Shown here in pieces: positions 1 through 9,763 of a DNA stretch of 43,668 nt. The stretch lies in the IMG/VR virus record IMGVR_UViG_3300045988_096501. One strand, written 5' to 3'. This DNA comes from a virus. The notes below the pieces were generated by a model, which was not told the DNA's origin, ran no database searches, and worked only from the letters and a program-made list of their open reading frames with translations. How positions within the stretch are numbered: position 1 is the first letter of the stretch; the number at the start of each line of letters is the position of its first letter. Both the position numbers and the translations under genes were made by a program.

Positions 1-119
1 GATAAACGCCTGGAGGCGGACGAACTGCTGAATCACTTCGGCGACTGGGCAAGAAAAAATCTCCCTGATTTGGGAGATGAGATTCGGGCGCTACGGGTGG
101 AACCAACCACGCAGTCATC
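1..119. repeat. Terminal direct repeat identical to 43550..43668 (assembly overlap of a circular or circularly permuted genome)
   Basis: Exact 119-nt identity between both window ends, read directly from the sequence. Confidence 0.9.
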
Positions 120-195
120 CAAATTCGCCGCCTATGAAGACGGCTATGAAGACTACCAGATACTAATGAAGCTGACTTATGAGGTCGGCGTGTGA
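1..195 (+). CDS. 3' portion of the wrap-around gene starting at 43304: minor capsid / head-tail joining family protein
   Basis: Frame continues from 43304 through the terminal repeat; stop TGA at 193..195; sits immediately upstream of the major tail gene. Confidence 0.55.
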   Translation, partial: DKRLEADELLNHFGDWARKNLPDLGDEIRALRVEPTTQSSKFAAYEDGYEDYQILMKLTYEVGV

Positions 196-208
196 AAGGA
201 GAAATAAT

Positions 209-733
209 ATGGCTGATTTAGAGTTTAACACTACAGCGGGCCAGACTGTAGCCCGTGAAATGCTGATCGCCTACCTGAACACCGGCGAGAGCGGCACTCC
301 TGTTTGGTCTCCCATCGGGAAGCGCGTAGAGGATAGCTCTATCGAGTTCGACTGGCAGACCGAGACTAAGGTGGACATCTTTGGAGACACATATACCACC
401 GGCAAGAAGGCCACCAAGACCCAGACCTTCGATCCCTGCGAACTTGACGGTGCGGATAACGCCCAGAAGAAGATTTGGAATCTTGCCATCAAAGAAAACA
501 ACGTCAATGCCCTGCTAAACCAGGACATGTTAATTGTACATCTATATGCCGGAACGGCCAACACGGCGGTATTTGCCGAGCGGTATTCTGCCTGCTCTGT
601 GCTTCCGTCTGGACTTGGCGGCGAAGGCGGGGGCTCCATTGGAATGCCCATTGATGTGACCTACGGAGGAACTCGCACGACTGGAACAGCTGCAATTTCT
701 GGCGGAATTGTCACTTTTACTTCTGACGAGTAA
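209..733 (+). CDS. Major tail protein
   Basis: RBS GAAAGGAG upstream of ATG 209; Thr/Gly-rich beta-type sequence typical of siphovirus major tail proteins; located between head-tail joining genes and tail chaperones. Confidence 0.75.
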   Translation: MADLEFNTTAGQTVAREMLIAYLNTGESGTPVWSPIGKRVEDSSIEFDWQTETKVDIFGDTYTTGKKATKTQTFDPCELDGADNAQKKIWNLAIKENNVNALLNQDMLIVHLYAGTANTAVFAERYSACSVLPSGLGGEGGGSIGMPIDVTYGGTRTTGTAAISGGIVTFTSDE

Positions 734-745
734 GGAGACACAAAG

Positions 746-1177
746 ATGAAAGAGCTCAATTTCGAAAGCGGTCTTGTTACATACAGCCTGAACGGCAAAT
801 GCGAGGTTATCTTCAACCCGTCTGATTCCAACTTTGTGGAGCGCCTGTACTCTGCATTTGAGGACCTGGACAAGAAACAGGAGGGTTACAAGGCGACCAT
901 TGAAAAGATGGCAAACAAGAGGGAGATTTTTGAGTTTGCGCGAGAGCGGGATGCCGAGATGCGGGAAATCATTGATGGCTTGTTCGGTGTTCCTGTCAGT
1001 GATGCCCTTTTCGGCGGGATGAACGTCTACGCTTTGGCAAATGGGCTTCCGGTGTGGTGTAACCTTATGCTGGCTGTGATGGACGAGGTGGATACGACCT
1101 TCTCCAGAGAGCAGCGCAGCACAAACGCGAGAATCAAGAAATACACGGACAAGTATCAGAAATTTCAGAAGAAGTAA
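746..1177 (+). CDS. Tail assembly chaperone (gpG-like)
   Basis: 143-aa acidic protein directly after the major tail gene and before the tape measure; RBS AAGGAGA. Confidence 0.65.
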   Translation: MKELNFESGLVTYSLNGKCEVIFNPSDSNFVERLYSAFEDLDKKQEGYKATIEKMANKREIFEFARERDAEMREIIDGLFGVPVSDALFGGMNVYALANGLPVWCNLMLAVMDEVDTTFSREQRSTNARIKKYTDKYQKFQKK

Positions 1178-1192
1178 ATGTGCGCGGGGAGG

Positions 1193-2080
1193 TCACCCCC
1201 TCCCCGCCACCAACGATTCCTTAATCCTGTCTACTGCATAGGACAGACCTTTACGGTAGACCCACTTTGAAACAATACAACGGTCCTTGCTTATAAGAAG
1301 TGACCAGTCTGTATAGTTCCTTGTGATGCCATCAATTGTAATGTATTTGTCGCGATGCTTGCCGTTTGTGGCGGCGATGTCTGGCAAAAAACATCCTGTT
1401 CCAGACATGCCTTCTTTAACCTTTAAGACGGCATAATCCTCCCCAACTTTCATCCACTTTGATATTACGCCTCTGTGTAAGCCGAGAAGTTTTGCCCATT
1501 GTGAGTATGACAAGGTTTCCCCATCAACAGTCAGATACATAGTATGAGCAACGCTTGAATTTTCAGACAATGGAATTAGCCTGCAATTATCCGGTGAATA
1601 GTCCTTGTTTGAATCTATGCGGTCAATTGATAAGCCCTTTTTATACCCACTTTCGATTGCCCACTTCTGAAATTCAGAAAAGTCATGCCACGCCTCGCAG
1701 ACAGAAACGCCTTTCCCACCATACCACTTAAAATCTTTACTTTTCGGATTTTCACACCTCCGTTTCATGCTGTCCCATAGGCGATACAAAGGGGTTTTGC
1801 TGGAATTGTGAGTTGCCTGTTTACGGCCAAGAGCTGCTACCTTTTCATTTCTCAGACATCCACATGATTTACTTCTTCCTCTCAAAACATTTTGAGCATC
1901 AAAAGTAACTATGTTTCCGCAATTGCACTGACACATAAATGTCTTTCTTCCGCTTTCAGAGGCCCCAACATTTAGCACGGTTAGCCTCCCAAATTGTGAG
2001 CCAATGTAAGCAGCCCAATCTTTCACAAAAAGCACCACCATATAAAATAAATTTACACTTCTATTATAGATTTTAATCAC
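1193..2080 (-). CDS. HNH homing-endonuclease-like protein with N-terminal Cys4 zinc region
   Basis: Motifs YRLWDSMKRRC...KWYGGKGVSVCEAW...SIDRID..Y.P.NCR typical of phage HNH endonucleases; N-terminal CxC..CGCL region is paralogous to ORF 32071..32529; opposite strand to the flanking tail genes; start codon ambiguous (GTG 2080 or ATG 2041). Confidence 0.7.
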   Translation of the reverse strand: MIKIYNRSVNLFYMVVLFVKDWAAYIGSQFGRLTVLNVGASESGRKTFMCQCNCGNIVTFDAQNVLRGRSKSCGCLRNEKVAALGRKQATHNSSKTPLYRLWDSMKRRCENPKSKDFKWYGGKGVSVCEAWHDFSEFQKWAIESGYKKGLSIDRIDSNKDYSPDNCRLIPLSENSSVAHTMYLTVDGETLSYSQWAKLLGLHRGVISKWMKVGEDYAVLKVKEGMSGTGCFLPDIAATNGKHRDKYITIDGITRNYTDWSLLISKDRCIVSKWVYRKGLSYAVDRIKESLVAGRG

Positions 2081-2101
2081 TAAAAGTGCAAGGAGAATTT
2101 T

Positions 2102-2674
2102 ATGGGATACGGTTTGCCAAAAAGCGTGACAGTAGGCGATCAGGAGTTTGCTGTCCGATATGACTACAGGGTCATTCTGGATATCTTCGAGGCCATGAAT
2201 GACCCGGAGCTAAACGACCAGGACCGCGCACTTGCCGTGCTCCAGATGTTCTACCCTAGCTGGGAGGAGCTGCCCGACTTTGACGATGCGCTGCGGGAGT
2301 GCATGGTTTTTATCAACGGAGGCAAGGCCCAGCCGGAGGATCGGAAGGCCCCTAATTTGGTGAGCTGGGAACAGGATTACCCGTACATTGTCGCACCCAT
2401 CAACCGGGTCCTAGGGTATGAGGTCAGGGCAGTTGAGTACGACCCAGAGGCGAATTCCGGCGGACTGCATTGGTGGACTTTCCTGGCGGCCTATTATGAG
2501 ATCGGGGACTGCCTGTTTGCTCAAATCGTTAGAATACGGGATAAAAAAGCTCGCGGAAAGCCTTTGGACAAGGCAGATCGGGAGTTCTACCGAAAGAACC
2601 AAGACCTGATAAATATCAAGACTCGGTACAGCGAGGCGGAGAAAGACCTGCTCGATATGTGGACAAAGGGATAA
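2102..2674 (+). CDS. Tail assembly chaperone, Gp15-like
   Basis: 190-aa protein between gpG-like chaperone and tape measure; RBS AAGGAGAA; resembles the Listeria phage A118 gp15 family. Confidence 0.55.
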   Translation: MGYGLPKSVTVGDQEFAVRYDYRVILDIFEAMNDPELNDQDRALAVLQMFYPSWEELPDFDDALRECMVFINGGKAQPEDRKAPNLVSWEQDYPYIVAPINRVLGYEVRAVEYDPEANSGGLHWWTFLAAYYEIGDCLFAQIVRIRDKKARGKPLDKADREFYRKNQDLINIKTRYSEAEKDLLDMWTKG

Positions 2675-2680
2675 AAAGAA

Positions 2681-2698
2681 CCGCCCCAGAAGGGGCGG
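2681..2698 (-). terminator. Rho-independent terminator of the toxin-antitoxin cassette
   Basis: ccgcccc-agaa-ggggcgg hairpin followed by a T-run on the minus strand, immediately after the YoeB stop. Confidence 0.65.
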
Positions 2699-2702
2699 AC
2701 AA

Positions 2703-2963
2703 TTAGTTACCATAATGTGTGCGGCATTGAGCGATTTCTATACGGCCATCACGAATGCGGTAAACAAGCCGGTTTGTATTATCAATTCGTCGGCTCCACC
2801 AGCCTGAAAGGTCCCCTTTTAAAGCCTCTGGTTTCCCAATACCAGAATATTGGTTGCGGTCAATATCCTGTATAAGCAAGTTGATCCGCTTTAGCGTTTT
2901 CTTGTCCTGCCGCTGCCAATACAAGTAATCTTCCCAAGCTTCAGACTGCCAGAGTTTATTCAT
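2703..2963 (-). CDS. yoeB: YoeB/Txe-family toxin (RelE fold mRNA interferase)
   Basis: Near-colinear match to E. coli YoeB: WxxEAWEDYLYWQ...GKPE.LKG.LSGWWSRRI....RLVY....IEI..CRTHY. Confidence 0.93.
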   Translation of the reverse strand: MNKLWQSEAWEDYLYWQRQDKKTLKRINLLIQDIDRNQYSGIGKPEALKGDLSGWWSRRIDNTNRLVYRIRDGRIEIAQCRTHYGN

Positions 2964-3213
2964 CAGCTACCTCAATGAGATCATGGACTGTTCCATGTCC
3001 CGCATCCAGATCGGAAATAGCTTTTCTAAGGTGGTTCTGATTATCGGCAGAATAGAATGGGTCAAGCCGCACATCAAATGGGAGCCCCTGGTAGCGAATG
3101 CACTGTTTTAAAAACAGCGTGGTTGCTGCAGTCATGCTTAATCCGAGCTCATCAAATAATGCTTCTGCATCACGTTTCAGATTATCATCAATACGCATGT
3201 TGATATTTGCCAT
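2956..3213 (-). CDS. RelB/DinJ-family antitoxin (RHH) paired with YoeB
   Basis: N-terminus MRIDDNLKRDAEALFDELGLSMTAATTLFL...LPFDVRL matches the DinJ/RelB RHH domain; overlaps the toxin start by 8 nt; RBS AAAGGAGATG. Confidence 0.85.
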   Translation of the reverse strand: MANINMRIDDNLKRDAEALFDELGLSMTAATTLFLKQCIRYQGLPFDVRLDPFYSADNQNHLRKAISDLDAGHGTVHDLIEVADE

Positions 3214-3234
3214 AGAATCATCTCCTTTAAAGAG

Positions 3235-3263
3235 ATAATATCACATTGTGCGCACGTTGTCAA
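3235..3263 (-). promoter_or_regulatory. Sigma70-type promoter of the toxin-antitoxin operon with palindromic operator
   Basis: Minus-strand TTGACA-17 nt-TATTAT with extended TG; the 10-bp palindrome tgtgcgcaca (3246..3255) lies in the spacer, consistent with antitoxin autorepression. Confidence 0.55.
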
Positions 3264-3290
3264 CAAAAATTACAAAAAGGTGGTGGATTT

Positions 3291-5546
3291 ATGGCAGCTG
3301 ATGGGTCTATCGTTATACAGACAGACATTGACAATAAAAAGGCTCAGACGGAGCTAAATCGTTTAACAAGTAAAATTGACAAAATGCGAGAAAGCCTATC
3401 GAAAGATGAAGGGGAAAAGAGCGGAATAGAGGCTGAATTGAATGCAGCCAAAGAGGAAGCTCTAAAAACAGAGCAAACAATCAAGCGACTGAAAGTTGAA
3501 CTGGCTGAAACTCAAAAAATTACCACCGGAGAAGTTGATGCACGTCCTACTGTCTTCTTGGATGCCAAAAACAGACAGGCAGAAATTTTAGCGCAGTTAA
3601 AAGAGCAGGAAACTTTACTGGCCCAGCAGGACAAAGAGACGCAGCGGCTGGATACCAAATATGCAAAAATTACAGACAAGGTAATACAGACAACAAATGA
3701 GCTAAAAGACGCAGAAACCCACGCAGGCGATTTGTCTGCTCAGCTGACACAAGCCGGGACTTCCGGGAATGTAATGGCTAGCGCTGCAGATCAGGCCGGA
3801 AAATACATGGACAAGTTTATCAATCGGGTCAAGGGATTGGCCAGAAGGGTGTTTGTTTTTACACTTATCACCTCCGCCTTGCGTGCCATGCGAACATGGC
3901 TCTGGAAGGTCATACAAACCGATAGTGAAGCTACGGCATCCGTCGCAAAGTTGAAAGGTGCGCTTTTGACGCTGGCGCAGCCTCTTGTAAATGTAATTAT
4001 TCCAGCTTTTATAACGCTTGTGAATGTGTTGGCTAGGGTCGTGTCGGCAATTGCGTCGCTTATATCTATGTTGTTTGGGTCGACAATAGAGCAGTCAAGC
4101 GAAGCGGCAGAAAGTCTCTATCAGGAAACGGAAGCGCTTGAGGGCGTTGGAAGCGCAGCAAAAGATGCCGGAAAATCTATGGCTTCCTTTGATGAAATTA
4201 ATCAGCTTTCCGGCGGTGCTAAGAGCGGTGGAGGCGGAAGCGGCAGTTCAACGATTACTCCTGATTTCAACCTAGATGCTGAGGAAGGCATCCTAAACGA
4301 TATTCTAAGGCTGGTGGGTGCAATTGGGGCTGGCCTCCTTGCATGGAAAATCGCAAGCGGTTTTACAAATTCGCTCCAGACATTGGCTGGAGTTGCCCTT
4401 ATTGTCGGCGGTGCATTAGAGTTTGTTTTTAATTGGCTGGATGCGTGGAATAACGGCGTCGATTGGGGAAATTTGAACGGTATGGTCCTTGGGCTTGCTG
4501 CAGCGGCAGTTGGACTATACATGGTTCTAGGGCCTGTAGCGGCTGGCATTGCACTTATAGTAGGAGGTCTTCTAATCTTAGCGACGGGCATCAAAGACGT
4601 TATTGAAAACGGATGGACAATGGAGAATTTATTCACCATTATTGCTGGACTATTCGCTGCAGGAATTGGAATTTCCATTTTAACTGGTTCGTTTATCCCG
4701 GCATTGGTGGCTGGAATACTTGGCATCCTCTTGGCAATTACAGTCCTGACCGGTCATGGGGGAGAACTGATTGACGGCCTAAAAGAGATGTTCAGCGGCT
4801 TTACTGACTTTTTCAAAGGGGTATTTACTGGCGACTTCGAACTGGCAGCCCAAGGAATAGAAAAAATATTTAATGGACTCGGAACTGTATTTAACGCTGT
4901 CCTGGACGGAATTAAGGATGCCTTTATCGGCCTGCTGAATTGGCTGGATGAAAAAACAGGTGGGAAACTGCATGGTATCTTAGAGACAATAAAGGGTATG
5001 TTTACCGGACTCGTTGATGGAATAAAACAGATTCTTGGTGGTATTATCGAGTTTCTGACTGGAGTATTTACTGGCGATTGGGATCGCGCATGGAATGGCG
5101 TCAAAGACATTTTTAAAGGTGTATGGAATGGTGTCGTCTCGCTCTTAGAAGGCGCTGTTAATTTGATTATTAAGGGCGTAAATTGGCTCATTTCCCAGCT
5201 AAACAAAATCCATTTTGAACTTCCGGATTGGATTCCTGGAATTGGCGGAAAATCATTTGGAATTAATATCCCGCTTGTCTCTGAAATTCAGATTCCACGA
5301 TTGGCCCAAGGCGCTGTGATTCCACCTAATCGGGAGTTTATGGCTGTGCTTGGAGATCAGAAGAGTGGCACAAACATTGAGGCCCCGGAAGCGTTAATCC
5401 GCCGAATTGTAAAAGAAGAAGCAGGAAACAATGGCGGCAGCATGACATTGGTTTTGGACGGAGACCTTGCAGCGCTTGCTACTGTATTTCGCCCGTACCT
5501 ATTGAAAGAGGACAAACGGATAGGCGTTAAATTGACCACAAGATAG
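3291..5546 (+). CDS. Tail tape measure protein
   Basis: 752 aa; N-terminal coiled coils, central hydrophobic/Gly-rich segment, position after the chaperones; RBS GGTGGTGG. Confidence 0.9.
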   Translation: MAADGSIVIQTDIDNKKAQTELNRLTSKIDKMRESLSKDEGEKSGIEAELNAAKEEALKTEQTIKRLKVELAETQKITTGEVDARPTVFLDAKNRQAEILAQLKEQETLLAQQDKETQRLDTKYAKITDKVIQTTNELKDAETHAGDLSAQLTQAGTSGNVMASAADQAGKYMDKFINRVKGLARRVFVFTLITSALRAMRTWLWKVIQTDSEATASVAKLKGALLTLAQPLVNVIIPAFITLVNVLARVVSAIASLISMLFGSTIEQSSEAAESLYQETEALEGVGSAAKDAGKSMASFDEINQLSGGAKSGGGGSGSSTITPDFNLDAEEGILNDILRLVGAIGAGLLAWKIASGFTNSLQTLAGVALIVGGALEFVFNWLDAWNNGVDWGNLNGMVLGLAAAAVGLYMVLGPVAAGIALIVGGLLILATGIKDVIENGWTMENLFTIIAGLFAAGIGISILTGSFIPALVAGILGILLAITVLTGHGGELIDGLKEMFSGFTDFFKGVFTGDFELAAQGIEKIFNGLGTVFNAVLDGIKDAFIGLLNWLDEKTGGKLHGILETIKGMFTGLVDGIKQILGGIIEFLTGVFTGDWDRAWNGVKDIFKGVWNGVVSLLEGAVNLIIKGVNWLISQLNKIHFELPDWIPGIGGKSFGINIPLVSEIQIPRLAQGAVIPPNREFMAVLGDQKSGTNIEAPEALIRRIVKEEAGNNGGSMTLVLDGDLAALATVFRPYLLKEDKRIGVKLTTR

Positions 5547-5555
5547 GAGATCGTC

Positions 5556-5954
5556 ATGAGCTACATCAAATTGAACGGAATAGAGTTTGATGCCGACGTG
5601 GCGATCTCCTCATATAACCGGAATTTTAATGTTCTAGACGGAGAGAACGCCGGACGAGTCATGACGGGACGCATGGTACGAGATGTGATTGGAACCTATT
5701 TGGGGCACAAGCTGACTGTATTCCGACGCGGTGACAATTACCAAGGACTAGACAAATTTTGGGATTACTTGTACCAGCATTCTGTAGATGACAGCGTTAT
5801 GTTGGAAGCTGCGGATGGACAATCTGTCATTAAATATGAAGCCTATTATACCAGCGCTTCTCAGGACATAGAGAAAGTAGAAGGCGGAATTAATTATTGG
5901 GGAGAAATTGAAGTTAGCTTTATTCCGATGGACGCACAGGTGAGACCGACATGA
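5556..5954 (+). CDS. Tail component (distal tail-like protein)
   Basis: Position directly after the tape measure; RBS TAGGAGA. Confidence 0.45.
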   Translation: MSYIKLNGIEFDADVAISSYNRNFNVLDGENAGRVMTGRMVRDVIGTYLGHKLTVFRRGDNYQGLDKFWDYLYQHSVDDSVMLEAADGQSVIKYEAYYTSASQDIEKVEGGINYWGEIEVSFIPMDAQVRPT

Positions 5955-7408
5955 GTATTACAAAAATTCTTTACAAGGATGTAGCCCCTGCAGCTGAAAG
6001 CGACGCCACTGTATCTACTGCGGATGCATCTGAATTTTCCACACCTTCGCTTCTTCCGTCTGGGCTGGAAGCTGTTCCGATTTCTTCTTTGGAACTGAAT
6101 TATTGGGGACTGAATGGAAAGCATAGCTTAATTGATGGTCATATGCTGGCTTTTTGGTCCGCTGAGATGAGCGGCATAGACGGAGCGTTTGAACACGCTC
6201 CGGTTATTGAAATATCTTTTAGCCAACAGCATTCCTCTTTAGGTGTTACGCTACTATTTGACACAGCGAGCGGTGGTTATTGCTCACTTGTAAATATCAA
6301 ATGGTATCAGGGGGAAACGCTAAAAGCAGATTCGGATTTTAATCCGGATAGTTCTTCATATTTTTGTTCGCAAAAAGTAACTAGTTTTGACAAAGTAGTT
6401 CTTACAATAAACAATACAAATCTTCCGTATCGCTATGCAAAGCTGGAACAAATTGTATTTGGAATTTACAGATATTTTGGCATGACGGAAATTCGGTCGG
6501 CTTCCGTAACGAATCAAATAAATCTTATCGCTGCAGAGCTACCGGTATCAAAGCTTTCTTGGACGCTGGACAGCCATGACGATGTTGACTTTATGTTTCA
6601 ACTAAAACAACCAGTAGAAGTGCGCAATGATAATAGTCTGATAGGAGTTTATTACATAGACGAGTACAGACGCAGCGCGAAAAACATCTATTCTCTTGAA
6701 TGCTATGATGCGTTTGGAGTTTTGGATGAAAGTACATTCCCCGGCGGTGCGTACTTATCTGGTATCTCTGCTAAAGAACTCTTTAGCACAATTGTTGGAG
6801 GATTTTTTGATGTAGATTACGAAACAGAAGATGTTACACTGATCGGCGTGCTCCAGTCCAGCAGCAGAAGAGAGGCGGCACAGCAGGTATTGTTTGCCTG
6901 GGGCGCATGTGCCTCCACAGACGGTCGGGAAAGTATCCGTGTGTTTTCACTTGATGCTGGTTTGACTGAAATCGGGAAAGATAGAACCTACACCGGAGTG
7001 ACAGTAGAAACAGCGGCCATTGTTACAGAAGTAAAGATTACAGCGCATACTTACACACAAAATGAAAACGGGAGCATTGAGATTAATGGAACTAAATATC
7101 AGGATGCACAAACCATATACACGGTATCAAATCCTGATGTGACGGCCACGGATAAGCAAAATATCATCGAGGTAACCAATGCAACGCTAGTGTCAGAAGG
7201 GATTGGGCAAACGACTGCACAACGGGTGTACGACTATTATCAAAAACGAAATACAAACAAGGCTAAAATTGTGTGGAATAGAGAACGGCTTGGCGACTAT
7301 GTGTGCCTTCCAAATGCGTGGGGGTCCACGAACGAGGGACACATTGAAAAAATGTCCATTACCTTATCTAATACAGTAGCTGCCACCTGCGAGGCATTGG
7401 GGGGATAA
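5951..7408 (+). CDS. Tail / baseplate protein (Tal-like position)
   Basis: 485-aa protein following the distal tail gene with a 4-nt overlap; typical tail-tip position. Confidence 0.5.
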   Translation: MSITKILYKDVAPAAESDATVSTADASEFSTPSLLPSGLEAVPISSLELNYWGLNGKHSLIDGHMLAFWSAEMSGIDGAFEHAPVIEISFSQQHSSLGVTLLFDTASGGYCSLVNIKWYQGETLKADSDFNPDSSSYFCSQKVTSFDKVVLTINNTNLPYRYAKLEQIVFGIYRYFGMTEIRSASVTNQINLIAAELPVSKLSWTLDSHDDVDFMFQLKQPVEVRNDNSLIGVYYIDEYRRSAKNIYSLECYDAFGVLDESTFPGGAYLSGISAKELFSTIVGGFFDVDYETEDVTLIGVLQSSSRREAAQQVLFAWGACASTDGRESIRVFSLDAGLTEIGKDRTYTGVTVETAAIVTEVKITAHTYTQNENGSIEINGTKYQDAQTIYTVSNPDVTATDKQNIIEVTNATLVSEGIGQTTAQRVYDYYQKRNTNKAKIVWNRERLGDYVCLPNAWGSTNEGHIEKMSITLSNTVAATCEALGG

Positions 7409-7413
7409 GTGAG

Positions 7414-7890
7414 GTGTATGGCGTGCTCAACCTGATTACCGACCGGACGCAGGCGGACGTGGACCGGGTGCAATATTTAGCCTCCGTCGGCTGGGAAAAC
7501 ATGACGGACGCAGAAAAGGCAGAATGGAGTACACCCCTAAAAGGCGCTTACAACGCTTCCGATCTGAATCGTGTAGGTGCTGCGGTTACTTATATTTCAA
7601 ACCGGCTCTTTGAGTACGGATATTTTGTGCCGGTTACAGCAAAGCAAGATTGGGACAAGACCGGCATCCCAACGCAGGCGGATATGTATTTGCACCTCCA
7701 GAATGTGCGAAAGCTGAAAGGCACCTTGGACGAGATGGGGTACACTCCGGATGTGCCTGAAGATATGGAACACCTGACTTATCAGGAAGCAAACGATATC
7801 GAGAAAATTTTGGTCGATCTTGATTTCCTTTTGAACAATATGGTTGCCGCATGGTTTTACGCGGGAGAACTATATGCCGGGGAGGTATAG
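7414..7890 (+). CDS. Hypothetical tail-associated protein
   Basis: GTG start with G-rich RBS; sits between the tail tip and fibre genes. Confidence 0.4.
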   Translation: MYGVLNLITDRTQADVDRVQYLASVGWENMTDAEKAEWSTPLKGAYNASDLNRVGAAVTYISNRLFEYGYFVPVTAKQDWDKTGIPTQADMYLHLQNVRKLKGTLDEMGYTPDVPEDMEHLTYQEANDIEKILVDLDFLLNNMVAAWFYAGELYAGEV

Positions 7891-7893
7891 AAA

Positions 7894-9699
7894 TTGATTG
7901 ATGTAAACGACAGAGTTCCGCTTTATCCTGGACGTGTAAAGATGACTCCGGTAAGTGGGCAGGCCAATGTCTACGACATGGTGCGTGCGGATCAACCGCA
8001 AAAGGGCGGAACTCCATTAAACCGCAACACATTCCGCCAAACGCAAGCCGATATCCGCACCTACCCCATCGCCACGGGCAACAGCGTGACGGCGGGGGAC
8101 GTGGTGGACGTGGTAAATGGGGAGGTGACGAGGAGCGTCGTCGCTAAGGCGAATGTGGAGAATGTGTTCGCTACAAGTAATATTGCCGGAACCTCGATAT
8201 GCCGCCTGAATGATAGTGTATCTGTAGTGGCTTATGCACAAAACGCGCAGTTAACTGTAGTTGTGCTAGATAATCAGACTGGGAGAGTAACTGTGGCGCA
8301 AAATATTGTTTCCGACGCTGACAAGTACGTGGGGGTTGCGCGCCTGAGCGACACTAAGATTGTACTTTCTTGGTCATTCAACAACCAAATATACACCCGC
8401 CTTGCAACAATAGTCGGAAACTCAATTTCTGTTAAAAGCATTGTGCAGCCAACCGGAAACAATTCCAGATACCCGTGTGTTATGGCGCTAGATACAGATA
8501 GGTTTGCTATTTTTTATTCGCCCGTCGGTGCGGATGGCATTGATGTAAATGTTGGAACTGTTTCAGGAGATACAATTACGTATCCTTCAGCTGGATACTC
8601 AAAGTCTGGGTGTACACCAATAAACATCTCCGCCACCCTCCTCCCAGACGACAGTTCAGGCAACAAGCGGGCGTGCGTGTGCTTCTCGGACACAAATGAC
8701 AATAACAAGGGCAAGGCAGTGATTGCCACCATTAACAGCTCCAATGTTGTGACGTGGGGGAGCGTGGTGACGTTTAGCGATAAGATCGAATCTGTAGATG
8801 TATGCACCGACGGAGAAAATTCTGTTGTGTTTTACCGAGACACAACAACCGGCGCAGGGATATCCAGGATGAAAAATCTTTCTATAACCGGAACAGTTAT
8901 TACGCCAAGCACAGTAGAATATCAAACAGGCATTACAGCCTTTCCTCAGATTCAAAATATGTCCGGAAAATTTGTTGTGGCTGGGGCCAATAATGATCTG
9001 TCTAAAGGAATCGCATATGTAGTCACAAAATCTGATGCGGGGTTTGTATTATCCTCTCCGTTTGTGTTTAATTCGGACGGCTCGCCCCCCTATTTATCAA
9101 TGGCTGCTATAGACAATAACCATGTCATTCTCGCCTACGCCGACAATGGCAACCACGGCTACGGCACCTCCACAATCCTAGAAGTCAGTGGCAACCAAAT
9201 CGCAGGTGGCTTCACAGTGAACAGCACTCAGGCCATTGCCCTTCAGAGTGGCGAGGCAGGGCAGAATATCGAGGTAATCTTTGCGGGCACTACCGCAGCG
9301 GACTTTGTAACCGAGGGGCAGGCGATACCGAGCGACGGCGTATACGGCTACGGGCCTGTGGGTGGGTGGCTGAATGTTATCCCCTATTGGGCCAAGGAGG
9401 CCGGGGTCAGGATTGCCACGGGGAGCTATGTGGGGACGGGGAGCTACGGGGCGAGTAATCCAAATAGTTTGACGTTCCCGTTTGTGCCGAAAATAGTATT
9501 AATTCAGGTGGCAGCTAATACTTACGGAGCAGCGTTCTTTGTATGGGGTAGTGGATACTTCACATGTCCATATAGTGGCAATTCAATTGGTGTAAATCCT
9601 GTAACAATATCTGGGAATACGATGTCTTGGTATAGTAAAATAAGCAACCAAGCACAATTAAACAGTATGCATACTTATAACTATCTCGCCATCGGCTGA
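7894..9699 (+). CDS. Tail fibre / receptor-binding protein
   Basis: 601 aa, TTG start with RBS GGGAGGT; N-terminal RVPLYPGRVKMTPV motif common in fibre N-termini; Ser/Thr/Gly/Asn-rich beta-type body. Confidence 0.6.
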   Translation: MIDVNDRVPLYPGRVKMTPVSGQANVYDMVRADQPQKGGTPLNRNTFRQTQADIRTYPIATGNSVTAGDVVDVVNGEVTRSVVAKANVENVFATSNIAGTSICRLNDSVSVVAYAQNAQLTVVVLDNQTGRVTVAQNIVSDADKYVGVARLSDTKIVLSWSFNNQIYTRLATIVGNSISVKSIVQPTGNNSRYPCVMALDTDRFAIFYSPVGADGIDVNVGTVSGDTITYPSAGYSKSGCTPINISATLLPDDSSGNKRACVCFSDTNDNNKGKAVIATINSSNVVTWGSVVTFSDKIESVDVCTDGENSVVFYRDTTTGAGISRMKNLSITGTVITPSTVEYQTGITAFPQIQNMSGKFVVAGANNDLSKGIAYVVTKSDAGFVLSSPFVFNSDGSPPYLSMAAIDNNHVILAYADNGNHGYGTSTILEVSGNQIAGGFTVNSTQAIALQSGEAGQNIEVIFAGTTAADFVTEGQAIPSDGVYGYGPVGGWLNVIPYWAKEAGVRIATGSYVGTGSYGASNPNSLTFPFVPKIVLIQVAANTYGAAFFVWGSGYFTCPYSGNSIGVNPVTISGNTMSWYSKISNQAQLNSMHTYNYLAIG

Positions 9700-9734
9700 G
9701 AAAGGAAAAGAGCCGCCCATAAGGGCGGCGGCAA

Positions 9735-9763
9735 TTGACAAAAAGCGGCGCTATTGGTAGAAT
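9735..9763 (+). promoter_or_regulatory. Canonical sigma70 promoter (TTGACA-17-TAGAAT) after the fibre gene
   Basis: Read directly from the sequence: ttgaca 9735..9740, 17-nt spacer, tagaat 9758..9763; preceded by hairpin gccgccc-ataa-gggcggc 9712..9729. Confidence 0.5.

Noticed and set aside
4202-5206. Two minus-strand ORFs (174 and 150 aa) inside the tape measure gene
   Set aside because: Pro/Ser-rich low-complexity antisense translations of the TMP Gly/Ala-rich region
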